A program made the translations under genes and the position numbers. A DNA stretch of 64,000 nt. Origin: Pseudolabrys sp. (lineage in GTDB: Bacteria; Pseudomonadota; Alphaproteobacteria; Rhizobiales; Xanthobacteraceae). The notes beneath the pieces were generated by a model. The model saw nothing but the letters and a program-made list of their open reading frames with translations, ran no database searches and was not told where the DNA came from. Positions 49,830 to 58,831 of the stretch are shown here, piece after piece (positions within the stretch are counted from its first letter, which is position 1; the number at the start of each line of letters is the position of its first letter). The DNA is taken from assembly GCA_036265125.1 (NCBI GenBank), contig DATAPP010000177.1, forward strand, positions 26,505 to 90,504. Reading direction: 5' to 3'.

Positions 49830-50831
49830 ATGAGCAAAGTGAGAACGATCGATACTCATGCGCATGTGTTGACCGAAGAAACCGCCGCGTTGCTGCGCAA
49901 GGAAGCACCCAAGGTGCCGGTGACCATCAACCCGATCGACGCGGCTTCGGCGACGCTCGAAGTCGGCGGCGTGGCCTACAGGCCCTATCCGCGCGGCGGC
50001 TTCGATGTTGCACACCGCTTGCGGGACATGGACGAGGCCGGTGTGGACGTGCAAGTCCTCTCGGCAACACCCCAGACCTATCTCTATGGCCAGGAGGCTG
50101 CGCTTGGCGCTGCGACCTCTGCAATCCAGAACGACCAGATCGCGAAACTGGTCAAAGAGAATCCACAACGATTCATGGGCATCGCGACACTGCCGATGCA
50201 GGCGCCGGAAAAGGCCGCCGACGAACTCAGGCGCGCGATGACCAAACTCGGACTGCGCGGCACGATGTTCGCGTCCAATATCATGGGCAAGAACCTCGAC
50301 GATCCGAGCTTCGAGCCGCTTTGGGCAACCGCTGAGGAACTGGGGGCCTTCGTCTTTATTCACCCGAACAATATCGCCGGCGCCGACCGGATGAAGTCCT
50401 ATTACCTCAATAATCTGATCGGCAACCCGCTCGACACAACGATCGGCGCGGCCTGCCTCTATTTTGGCGGCGTGCTCGACCGTTATCCCAAATTGACGGT
50501 GGTGCTCGCCCATGGCGGCGGCTTCACCCCATATCAGGCGGCGCGCTGGGAGCATGGGTGGCAAGTGCGGCCTGAACCAAAGAAAAACATCTCCAAGCAG
50601 CCGATGAACATCGCAAAACATTTTTACTACGACACGATCCTCCACTCGGCACCGGTCCTGGAATTCATGATCGGCCATGTTGGCGCCGATCGCGTCATGC
50701 TCGGCAGCGACTATCCCTATGACATGGGCATGATGGACTGTGTGAAACACGTGCGCTCCCTGAAGATTTCCGATGCCGACAAGGCAACAATTTTGAGCAC
50801 AGGCGCCGAGGCCTTGCTGGGGAATCCATGA
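49830..50831 (+). CDS. Amidohydrolase_2 family protein (ACMSD/aromatic decarboxylase-like)
   Basis: IDTHAH, VFIHP, LAHGGG, VMLGSDYPY. Confidence 0.9.
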   Translation: MSKVRTIDTHAHVLTEETAALLRKEAPKVPVTINPIDAASATLEVGGVAYRPYPRGGFDVAHRLRDMDEAGVDVQVLSATPQTYLYGQEAALGAATSAIQNDQIAKLVKENPQRFMGIATLPMQAPEKAADELRRAMTKLGLRGTMFASNIMGKNLDDPSFEPLWATAEELGAFVFIHPNNIAGADRMKSYYLNNLIGNPLDTTIGAACLYFGGVLDRYPKLTVVLAHGGGFTPYQAARWEHGWQVRPEPKKNISKQPMNIAKHFYYDTILHSAPVLEFMIGHVGADRVMLGSDYPYDMGMMDCVKHVRSLKISDADKATILSTGAEALLGNP

Positions 50832-51904
50832 ACGTTCAAGCCGCCAAAGCCACCCGAATTCCAACGACAGCTGTCACAAGCCTGATCGTCGACGCGATGA
50901 GCAAGGCCGGCGTGTCGACGGATGACGCGGGAAAAATTGCGGGGCTCATGCTTGAGGCAGATCTCATCGGCGCCGATGCGCATGGCGTGTTCCGCCTGAT
51001 GCAATATGTTCAGCGTCTGAAGCTCGGTTCGACCAATCCCCGGCCCAACATCACGGTCAACCGCACAGCGCCGGCGACCGCGCTCGTCGACGGCGACAAT
51101 GGCATGGGCCATTTAGTGGTGGCCCGTGCGGCGGAAACCGCGATTGAGCTCGCTCGCGAATGCGGCGTTGCCTGGGTCGGGTGCCGCATGTCCGGCCACG
51201 CCGGCGCGGCGGGGGTTTATGCCGCATTGCCGTTGAAGGCCGACATGGTGGGTCTCTATTCGGCGGTGGCGAATGCCAACCATATGCCGCTTGCTGGCGG
51301 TGCCGAGCCGGTGCTCGGCACCAATCCGCTGGCGATCGCCATTCCCGCCGGCAAGGAAGCGCCGGTGGTGCTCGATATCGCCACCTCGATCGTGTCCTAC
51401 GGCACTATCAAGAACCACCGCTTGCAAAACAAACCTTTGCAAGACGACTGGATGATCGATCCTGCAACCGGCGAAGCCGTCATCGATCCGCACAAAAGTG
51501 CGGAGGCGCTGCTGCTGCCGATGGCAGGTTACAAGGGGGCAGGGCTCGCGCTGATGCTTGGCCTTCTTGCGGGGACGCTCAATGGTGCGCTGTTTGGTCG
51601 CGACTGCGTGGATTTCAACGCCGAACCGGCCAAGATTACCAATACCGGGCAGTTCGTGGTCGCGCTCGACCCGGCCCGTTTCCAGCCGCTCGACCAATTC
51701 AAGGCCGAGGTGGATCGGCATATCCGCGAACTACGCAACACAAAAGCACTACCCGGCCAAAGCGTTCGTCTGCCGGGCGAGCAGCGTGCACAGCGCCGCG
51801 CCGACCGTCATCACAATGGGCTACCGCTGGGCTCAGAACTATTGGCGCAGCTGGACAAACTCGCGGCAGAGCTGGCGATAACGCCACTGCGTGAACGCAG
51901 TTAG
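50828..51904 (+). CDS. Ldh_2 (malate/L-lactate/ureidoglycolate dehydrogenase-like) oxidoreductase
   Basis: AHGV.RL, VDGDNGMGH, GTNPLA, LDIATS, GYKG.GL, RLPGE; ATGA overlap. Confidence 0.9.
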   Translation: MNVQAAKATRIPTTAVTSLIVDAMSKAGVSTDDAGKIAGLMLEADLIGADAHGVFRLMQYVQRLKLGSTNPRPNITVNRTAPATALVDGDNGMGHLVVARAAETAIELARECGVAWVGCRMSGHAGAAGVYAALPLKADMVGLYSAVANANHMPLAGGAEPVLGTNPLAIAIPAGKEAPVVLDIATSIVSYGTIKNHRLQNKPLQDDWMIDPATGEAVIDPHKSAEALLLPMAGYKGAGLALMLGLLAGTLNGALFGRDCVDFNAEPAKITNTGQFVVALDPARFQPLDQFKAEVDRHIRELRNTKALPGQSVRLPGEQRAQRRADRHHNGLPLGSELLAQLDKLAAELAITPLRERS

Positions 51905-52043
51905 GGCAGTCAGATCACATAACCGCCTTCTTTTGGTCGCAGGGGAACAAATCGATGAAGCGCCGATTATTGCGCGGCCCGCTCCCGGTCAATGTATGGC
52001 TGTCGATGCGCCATTTGTGTAAATCGATTGTCGAATCAATTCG

Positions 52044-52559
52044 ATGAAGCTGATCGAAAAAAAAGAGTTGGCACCGTGGGTCAAAAGAAAGTTGGCCCGT
52101 CTCAGCGTTCTTTTGGTGTTCGGTGCCGCATTGTCGGCAATTCCCTTACTCAGTGTCTCGAGCGAAAATACCTTTGATCGCATTCAGGCCGGCGAGTGGG
52201 TGACGGCTTCGATGTATTGGGAAGACAAGCTGGTTTCGACCGGCAAGAGCTTCAATCCGATCGGATGGCACGCCGCCCATAAGACGTTGCCGATTGGAAC
52301 ATTGATCCGCGTGTCGAATCCCAAGAACCATCGCTCGATCAACGTGACGATCAACGATCGCGGGCCGTTTGTAGCGAACCGGGACCTGGATCTCAGCCTT
52401 GGTGCTGGCACATTGTTGGGGCTTCAAGGACTGGGTACCGTCTACATGGAAGTTCTCTCGATCCCGCCCATAAAGAACATGCGACGGCCGGTGGTGGAGA
52501 GCTTGTTTACGGTGAGTGATGCCAACGCCAACTGCGTGGGTGGCGTCGCCGCCTGCTAG
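52044..52559 (+). CDS. RlpA-like double-psi beta-barrel protein (no SPOR domain, no lipobox)
   Basis: AS.Y, AAHKTLPIGT.IRV.N, INDRGPF, DLDLS. Confidence 0.82.
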   Translation: MKLIEKKELAPWVKRKLARLSVLLVFGAALSAIPLLSVSSENTFDRIQAGEWVTASMYWEDKLVSTGKSFNPIGWHAAHKTLPIGTLIRVSNPKNHRSINVTINDRGPFVANRDLDLSLGAGTLLGLQGLGTVYMEVLSIPPIKNMRRPVVESLFTVSDANANCVGGVAAC

Positions 52560-52624
52560 GCCATTCCGCGCTCGGCGCCCGGGACTGGCGGCTCAAACGG
52601 CAACGAAAACGGCTGCCTTTATAG

Positions 52625-52663
52625 TTAACTCGTCGTTAACCTAAAAAGGTAAACGGCGTTTAA
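52625..52663. promoter_or_regulatory. CtrA-like binding boxes
   Basis: TTAA-CTCGTCG-TTAAC (52625-52640) matches TTAA-N7-TTAAC; minus-strand TTAA-N7-TTAC at 52649-52663; extra TTAACC half-site at 52681. Confidence 0.6.
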
Positions 52664-52877
52664 GGATTACCACCGATTTGTTAACCTTTAGAAGTGAGGG
52701 GCGGGGTGAAAGATTGCGCTCGGTGCGGCTCTTGAGTTGCGCCCATCGCCTGCCGATCGGCCTGGCGCGCAATCGCAAAGTCCCGCCGCACCGCATCCAG
52801 TCCTGTCCCGGCTCGTCAGCCCGCGAAGGATCAAGCGTGGGAGCGTGGTGCTGTGCTCTGGAAGAGGGAGCGGTTCG

Positions 52878-54011
52878 GTGACGGCAGGCATCTTGCTCAG
52901 TAGCCAAACGCGCGGCGATTGGATCGAACTCAGCGCGGCCGGCTCGTGGACCGCCGAATATGCCAGCGCGATCGAACCGCAGGTCGATGCCGTCACACAA
53001 ACCGTCACGGCACGCAGCATCGCGATCAATATCACCCGCATCGACTATCTCGACACTTACGGCGCGTGGCTTCTTGAGCGTACGCTGAGAAACTGGACGA
53101 ACCAGGGGCGTGAAGCGCGTCTTGTCGGATTGCGCGAGGATTACCGCGGTCTTTTCGAGAAGGTTCACGCCGGAACACAGACGCTGTCGCCGCCGCCGCC
53201 CAAGCGCAACAGCATCATTGCGACGCTGGAAAGCGTCGGCATGACGATGGCGGCGGTTGGCGCCGATCTCGTCCTGTTGGCGCAGATGATCGGCTCGCTG
53301 ATCATCGCACTCAAGCGCGTGATCCTACGGCCGACAACGTTTCGCTTCACGTCGATGATCCACCAGCTCGAGCGCGTTGGCTGGCGAGCGGTGCCGATCG
53401 TCCTCCTGATCACGGTATTGATCGGCGCCATTCTCGCGCAGCAAGGCATTTTCCATTTCCGCAAGTTTGGGGCGGACATCTTTGTCATCGACATGGTCGG
53501 TGTGCTCGTGCTCCGCGAAATAGGCGTGCTGATCGTGTGCATCATGGTGGCGGGCCGGTCCGGCAGCTCGTACACGGCCGAGCTCGGCGCGATGCGGATG
53601 CGGGAGGAAGTTGATGCCCTGCGCACGATGGGTTTCGATCCGATCGAGGTCCTGGTTCTGCCGCGTATTCTGGCGCTGATCATCGCGGTGCCGGCTCTCA
53701 CATTCCTCGGCTCCATGGCGGCACTCTATGGCGGCGGGCTGGTGTCCTGGCTTTACGGGGGCATCCAGCCGGAGGTCTTTTTGACGCGCCTGCGCGCGGC
53801 GGTCACGACCACCACATTTGAGGTAGGAATGATCAAGGCGCCATTTATGGCGCTGGTCATCGGCGTTGTGGCCTGCGTCGAGGGGCTGCAGGTTCAGGGA
53901 AGCGCCGAGTCGCTCGGCGAGAAGACCACCAACTCGGTGGTCAAATCCATCTTCCTGGTTATCGTGCTCGACGGTGTGTTCGCCATGTTCTTCGCATCAA
54001 TCGGAATGTGA
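52878..54011 (+). CDS. mlaE: MlaE-family ABC permease with N-terminal STAS-like domain
   Basis: LREIGVLIVCIMVAGRSGSSYTAELG.M...EEVDAL..MG.DP..VLV.PR; GTG start after AGGGAG. Confidence 0.92.
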   Translation: MTAGILLSSQTRGDWIELSAAGSWTAEYASAIEPQVDAVTQTVTARSIAINITRIDYLDTYGAWLLERTLRNWTNQGREARLVGLREDYRGLFEKVHAGTQTLSPPPPKRNSIIATLESVGMTMAAVGADLVLLAQMIGSLIIALKRVILRPTTFRFTSMIHQLERVGWRAVPIVLLITVLIGAILAQQGIFHFRKFGADIFVIDMVGVLVLREIGVLIVCIMVAGRSGSSYTAELGAMRMREEVDALRTMGFDPIEVLVLPRILALIIAVPALTFLGSMAALYGGGLVSWLYGGIQPEVFLTRLRAAVTTTTFEVGMIKAPFMALVIGVVACVEGLQVQGSAESLGEKTTNSVVKSIFLVIVLDGVFAMFFASIGM

Positions 54012-54012
54012 A

Positions 54013-54789
54013 ATGGCCGACGAATCCATCATCGAGGTGCGCGACCTTGTCGTTGAGCTCAAAGGGAATCGGGTTCTCAATGGCGTCACGCTTGATGTCT
54101 ATCGCGGAGAAATCCTGGGCTTCGTTGGCGCTTCGGGCGCGGGCAAGTCGGTTCTCACGCGCACGATCCTTGGCCTGTTGCCGAAGCAACAAGGACGGAT
54201 CGACGTCTTTGGCGTCAATCTCGACGAAGCCGGCGAGATGCAGCGCCAGGAGATAGAGCGGCGCTGGGGCATCCTGTTCCAGCAAGGCGCGTTGTTTTCC
54301 TCTCTGACGGTCGGCGAGAACGTCGAATTTCCCATCCGCGAATATCTCGATATCTCGGACCGCCTGATGACCGAAATCGCCATCACCAAGCTGGAAATGG
54401 TCGGTCTCAAGCCGGACGTATACAGGAAGTTCCCCTCGGAACTTTCGGGCGGCATGATCAAGCGCGTCGCGCTCGCGCGCGCCTTAGCGCTTGATCCTGA
54501 AATCCTTTTTCTGGACGAGCCAACCTCGGGTCTTGACCCGATCAGCGCAGGCGATTTCGACCAGCTAATCCTGACTTTGCAGCAGACTTCGTCGATGGCG
54601 GTTTTTATGGTAACCCATGACCTCGACAGCTTGCACACGATCTGCGACAGAATCGCCGTTCTCGGCGACGGAAAAATCATTGAGGCCGGCACCATGGATA
54701 CGATGCTGGCGTCACAGCATCCATGGATGCGGGCCTATTTCCACGGTGTGCGCGCCCGGACAGGCCTGCTAGCTGCGGCGAGAAACTAA
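54013..54789 (+). CDS. mlaF: MlaF-family ABC ATP-binding protein
   Basis: GASGAGKS, LFQQGALFSSLTV.ENV, ELSGGM.KRVALARAL, DEPTSGLDP. Confidence 0.92.
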   Translation: MADESIIEVRDLVVELKGNRVLNGVTLDVYRGEILGFVGASGAGKSVLTRTILGLLPKQQGRIDVFGVNLDEAGEMQRQEIERRWGILFQQGALFSSLTVGENVEFPIREYLDISDRLMTEIAITKLEMVGLKPDVYRKFPSELSGGMIKRVALARALALDPEILFLDEPTSGLDPISAGDFDQLILTLQQTSSMAVFMVTHDLDSLHTICDRIAVLGDGKIIEAGTMDTMLASQHPWMRAYFHGVRARTGLLAAARN

Positions 54790-54798
54790 CGGAGTGGG

Positions 54799-55728
54799 GT
54801 GATGGAGCGAAAAGCGCACTACGCACTGATCGGGTTGTTCACGTTTGCCGTGGTGGCGGGCGCGTTCGGCTTTATCTTCTGGCTGCATCACTCCTCGGGC
54901 AAGAAACAGGCCGTTTCCTATCGTGTCATTTTCGACAGTTCGGTATCGGGACTGCAGGTCGGCGGCAATGTGCTGTTCAACGGCATTCGCGTCGGTGAGG
55001 TCACCAATCTGCGCCTCGATCCCGACAACCCGCGCCAGGTCATCGCCCTGCTCGCGGTCAACAAGGCAACACCGATCCGCTCCGACACGCGTGTGGGTCT
55101 TGAATTTGCCGGCCTGACCGGCGTCGCCGCGGTGTCGCTCAAGGGCGTCTCGGCAAACACGCCTCTGATTGAACGGGAAGAGGGCGAGCCGCCGACCTTG
55201 CGGTCCGACCCGAGCGCCAGCCAGGACATGATGCAGGCGGCGCGCGAGGTGCTCAACAAGGCGGAGGAAGTGATCACCGCCAATCAGGAGGCGCTACACC
55301 AGGCGATTGCAGACATTGCCACATTCAGCGCATCGCTTGCGCGGAACACCGACAATGTCGATTCGATCATGAAAGATGCCAAAGACACGATGAGCAACGC
55401 CAAGGATGCAACGGCCTCGGCGCGCATGCTTATGGACAATCTCGATAAGCGCACCGACGAGATCACGATTGGCGTCAACAGGATGACTGCGACCGCGACG
55501 CGCCAGATCGACATCGCCGGGAAAGCGATCACCGATCTTGCGCACAATCCGCAGCGATTTTTGTTCGGGGGCAGCAGCAGCAGTACCAGTACCAGTACCA
55601 GTACCAGTAGCCCCACCGAGGCTACGCCGGCGCCTCCGGCGGCCCGCACTCCGGCGCGCACATCGGCGCCTGCTCCGGCGCGTGCTTCGACACCTGCGCC
55701 GCCGCGCAGGCAGTCGCAGCAGCAATAA
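54799..55728 (+). CDS. mlaD: MlaD/MCE-domain protein with helical region and S/T/P/A-rich tail
   Basis: IGLFT TM anchor; F..SVSGL.VG..V.FNGI.VG.V; coiled-coil region; low-complexity C-terminus. Confidence 0.9.
   Translation: MMERKAHYALIGLFTFAVVAGAFGFIFWLHHSSGKKQAVSYRVIFDSSVSGLQVGGNVLFNGIRVGEVTNLRLDPDNPRQVIALLAVNKATPIRSDTRVGLEFAGLTGVAAVSLKGVSANTPLIEREEGEPPTLRSDPSASQDMMQAAREVLNKAEEVITANQEALHQAIADIATFSASLARNTDNVDSIMKDAKDTMSNAKDATASARMLMDNLDKRTDEITIGVNRMTATATRQIDIAGKAITDLAHNPQRFLFGGSSSSTSTSTSTSSPTEATPAPPAARTPARTSAPAPARASTPAPPRRQSQQQ
55572..55610 (+). repeat. In-frame microsatellite (AGC)n then (CAGTAC)x4-5 encoding [12 protein letters not shown]
   Basis: cagtac exact x4 from 55581 plus cagtag; preceded by agc repeats. 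Confidence 0.9.
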
Positions 55729-55733
55729 CCCCG

Positions 55734-56849
55734 TCAGGCCGCCGCGCGTACTTCGTCGGGATCGAGTGGTAACTTTACCGGCTGCTTGCGCCTGGCCGAG
55801 AGGTCGAGCGCTTTGGTCAGCATCAGGTTCCGATGGGCCTCTTCGACTGTCGCGGCTGCCGTTGGCAAGCCGAGCGCGACGCGGTTGAGCCACGAGTCGG
55901 TTTCCTCGGCCATCGGCCCGCGCAGTTCACCGAGCGCCATGTCGCCTGGCGGATAGCTGCCCATGAAATCGACCAGCCGGGTGGCATCGGGATTGTAACC
56001 CTCTGACTGCGGCTTTGAGACCGCAAGCACGATGTCGCGGTGCGTATCATCGATGGTGAGCACGCCGGTGGTGCCGATAATCCCGACTTCGAGCGAATAC
56101 ACCGCGGCTGGCCATGTTACTGGCAGCGCCCAGGACATGTTGAGATGATAAATGGTGCCGTCGGAAAAATTGATCATCCCGGCCGTGCCGTCGATGCCTT
56201 TGTAGGAGGGGCCCAGCACCCTGTCGACCGAACGCGCATAGCATTCGACCGCCGTCTTTCCTTCCAGGCACCACATGCAAATATCGAGCGCGTGCGTGCC
56301 GGAAATGACCATCGGAGAAATGCTCGCGGGATCGTCGGTGCGCTTGTAGTTGTCGATCGCGACCAGACGATTCATGAATGCGCGCGAGGTCACCATCGTA
56401 ACGTCGCCGAGCGCACCGGTGCGGCATTTCTCCTTCGCCGCCAGCCAGCGGCGGCGGAAGCGTTGCGTGTAGCCAACCACGGCATCGAGCTTCGCCGCCT
56501 TGATTGCCTTCAGTACGCGTTCGGATTCGGCAAGATTGGTTGCGAGTGGCTTCTCGATCAGCATCGGAATGCCACGCTCGACGGCAGCCATGATCGGATC
56601 AACGTGCAAATGCTCGTCGGTGCAGATGATCGCAGCCGTGACTTCCGGCCGCTTGAGCAGCTCGATATGGCTTTGCGTCACAAAATCCGCGCTGATCTTC
56701 GGACCCACTTCTCCCGCGCGGTTCGGGTTTTTTTCGGCGAGCCCGATCCACTGGACAGCCGGATGGCGCGCCGCCACCTCGCCACGGAACAATCCGACGC
56801 GGCCGCCGCCGATGATCGCAAGGCCGATTCCCTTGGCCGAGGCCTTCAT
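55734..56849 (-). CDS. Gfo/Idh/MocA oxidoreductase (B)
   Basis: IIGGGRVG, LIEKPLA, VGYTQRF, GTHALD. Confidence 0.9.
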   Translation of the reverse strand: MKASAKGIGLAIIGGGRVGLFRGEVAARHPAVQWIGLAEKNPNRAGEVGPKISADFVTQSHIELLKRPEVTAAIICTDEHLHVDPIMAAVERGIPMLIEKPLATNLAESERVLKAIKAAKLDAVVGYTQRFRRRWLAAKEKCRTGALGDVTMVTSRAFMNRLVAIDNYKRTDDPASISPMVISGTHALDICMWCLEGKTAVECYARSVDRVLGPSYKGIDGTAGMINFSDGTIYHLNMSWALPVTWPAAVYSLEVGIIGTTGVLTIDDTHRDIVLAVSKPQSEGYNPDATRLVDFMGSYPPGDMALGELRGPMAEETDSWLNRVALGLPTAAATVEEAHRNLMLTKALDLSARRKQPVKLPLDPDEVRAAA

Positions 56850-57937
56850 TGGTTCACCCCCGCACGGACTTTCTGTTTGAATTCAGCAATGGCCGAAATC
56901 GTTTGATTGGAAAGCGGCAGATCCACCGGCTCATTTCGATCGGCGGACAGGTCTGCGGCACTGTAGGTCTCCATCACACGTCGCGCGCTTTCCGGCGTTA
57001 CCATCACCGGAGTGTTACGGATGCAGGCCTCCAGGAAATGGATGGTTTCAGGGCCCATGCCGCCAGCGAAGACATTGTCGACCCACTCACCCGGCATGGT
57101 GGACATCGGAAACTCCTGGCCGCGCTTCTCGGTATTGAGCCAGTTGTCGCGTTGGGTGTCATCGAGAAACAGTGAGCCGTCGGTGCCGGTGATCTCGATC
57201 CAGGTCGCGCAATAATTCGGGTAGCTCGGCGGCAGATTCCAGCCGCCGCCGATCATCACCGCCACACCATTGTCCATCGTCACAGTGGTAAACATCACGT
57301 CGTGAGAGCCATTGATGGGCTCCATGTAACCATAGGCGCCCTGCGAGTAGACGCGGACGGGCTTTGCCGGCTCCAGAAGCCAGAGCACAAAATCGAGGTC
57401 GTGCGTTGACTCCATGACGACCGGAGAAAGCCGCACGCGGCTGGCGATCTTTTTGCCCAGGCTGCGCGAGAGGTGGCGACTCACCAATACAGACACGACC
57501 TTGCCGAGTGTGCCGTCAACGATCTTTTTCTTGGCGTAGGCAATTTTCGGGTTGAATCGCTGCGAGTAACCGATGGTGAATTTCAGATTGTTGCGCTTGG
57601 CGAGCAGGATGAGTTCGTCCGCTTCCCATAACTCCAGCGCGATCGGCTTTTCCAGCATCACATTCTTGCCGGACTTGAGGCAGTCGCGGCAGATCGGATA
57701 GTGGTTGGATTCCGGAGTGGTCGATATGTAGACCACTGAGATGTCCGGATTCTTGATGATGTCGTTGTAGTCGAGGGTCGCGGTGGCAGGCTTGTAAAGC
57801 GCTTTCACCTCGGCCAGGCGATCTGGCTTGATGTCGCACAGGTGCAATTTGTCCACCAGTGCCGTACGCGAAAGGGTATCCGCCCGTGTACCCCCGACCC
57901 ACCCCACGCCAATGACCGCAGCTTCAACCGTTTTCAC
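56846..57937 (-). CDS. Gfo/Idh/MocA oxidoreductase (A)
   Basis: GTG start VKTVEAAVIGVGWVG, MLEKPIA, IGYSQRFNP, STHDLD; ATGA overlap with B. Confidence 0.9.
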   Translation of the reverse strand: MKTVEAAVIGVGWVGGTRADTLSRTALVDKLHLCDIKPDRLAEVKALYKPATATLDYNDIIKNPDISVVYISTTPESNHYPICRDCLKSGKNVMLEKPIALELWEADELILLAKRNNLKFTIGYSQRFNPKIAYAKKKIVDGTLGKVVSVLVSRHLSRSLGKKIASRVRLSPVVMESTHDLDFVLWLLEPAKPVRVYSQGAYGYMEPINGSHDVMFTTVTMDNGVAVMIGGGWNLPPSYPNYCATWIEITGTDGSLFLDDTQRDNWLNTEKRGQEFPMSTMPGEWVDNVFAGGMGPETIHFLEACIRNTPVMVTPESARRVMETYSAADLSADRNEPVDLPLSNQTISAIAEFKQKVRAGVNQ

Positions 57938-58034
57938 CGGACTTCTTCCCTTCAGTTTCTTGAGATGTTGCGGCCTGCCGGCCGCGCGGCGGCACACTAG
58001 CCCACGTGCAAAATAACCGGAAGAGCAGGCTTTT

Positions 58035-58805
58035 TCAGCGCGCGAAAGCGGTCTTGCCGATGCCAAACACCTGCGCCGCGAATTGCGGATAGACCTCCGC
58101 CAATTGTGGCGCGACCACCTCCCGCATGAGCTTGAGTGTCTCGGGCGAGGGCGCCCGGGTTTGCGGCACACTCGCCGGCATCTCGAAATCGAATCCCGTG
58201 TTCTCGACAATCTCGTCGACTGTGTGGCCCGGATGCACGCTTGCCAGGGCGAAATGGCCGTGCACAAAACTGAACAGGCAGCGATTTGTCACAAGCGCAA
58301 CAGGTCCCCCTGGGCGATAGATGTTGGCGTCGCTTGTGCCGGGCGCACTGATGAAATCGACCTTGGGTACAAGAGTGCGCCGCGAATGCTCGGTGCGGAA
58401 AAGGATCACCTTCGGTACCACGTAGTAGAGATAAGCGGAGCCAAATGAACCCGGAAAGCGCACTGTTGGATGGCCATAGTCGCCGGTGCTCACAAGGTTG
58501 ACGTTGCCCTCACCATCGATTTGTCCGCCCGAGAGAAAGAACACGTCGATGCGCCCCTGGCCCGCGCAATCGAACAGTTCACGCGCTCCATCGGTGAAGA
58601 AATTGTGCTTGCGGCTTTGCAACAATGAAACATAAGGCCGTCCTTTGCCGCGTTCGCGCGCGATCAGCGCGGCAGTCGCCGGAATGGGTGAGGCATTGCC
58701 GACTGCAACGTGGCGTACGTCACCGATGAGGCGCGCGATCACGTCGGCGAGAAGCTCCTCGTCGCGAAATTCGTGTGCAGTCACGCGCGGGCTTTCCCTT
58801 GTCAT
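58035..58805 (-). CDS. Class I CoA-transferase-like beta subunit (GctB/CatJ-like)
   Basis: DVFFLSGGQIDGEGNVN, RFPGSFGS, VPKVDFISAPG, LVTNRCLF, SVHPG.TV..IVENTGF. Confidence 0.82.
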   Translation of the reverse strand: MTRESPRVTAHEFRDEELLADVIARLIGDVRHVAVGNASPIPATAALIARERGKGRPYVSLLQSRKHNFFTDGARELFDCAGQGRIDVFFLSGGQIDGEGNVNLVSTGDYGHPTVRFPGSFGSAYLYYVVPKVILFRTEHSRRTLVPKVDFISAPGTSDANIYRPGGPVALVTNRCLFSFVHGHFALASVHPGHTVDEIVENTGFDFEMPASVPQTRAPSPETLKLMREVVAPQLAEVYPQFAAQVFGIGKTAFAR

Positions 58806-58831
58806 GTTAGGGTGGCCGGGAAACGCGCCGG

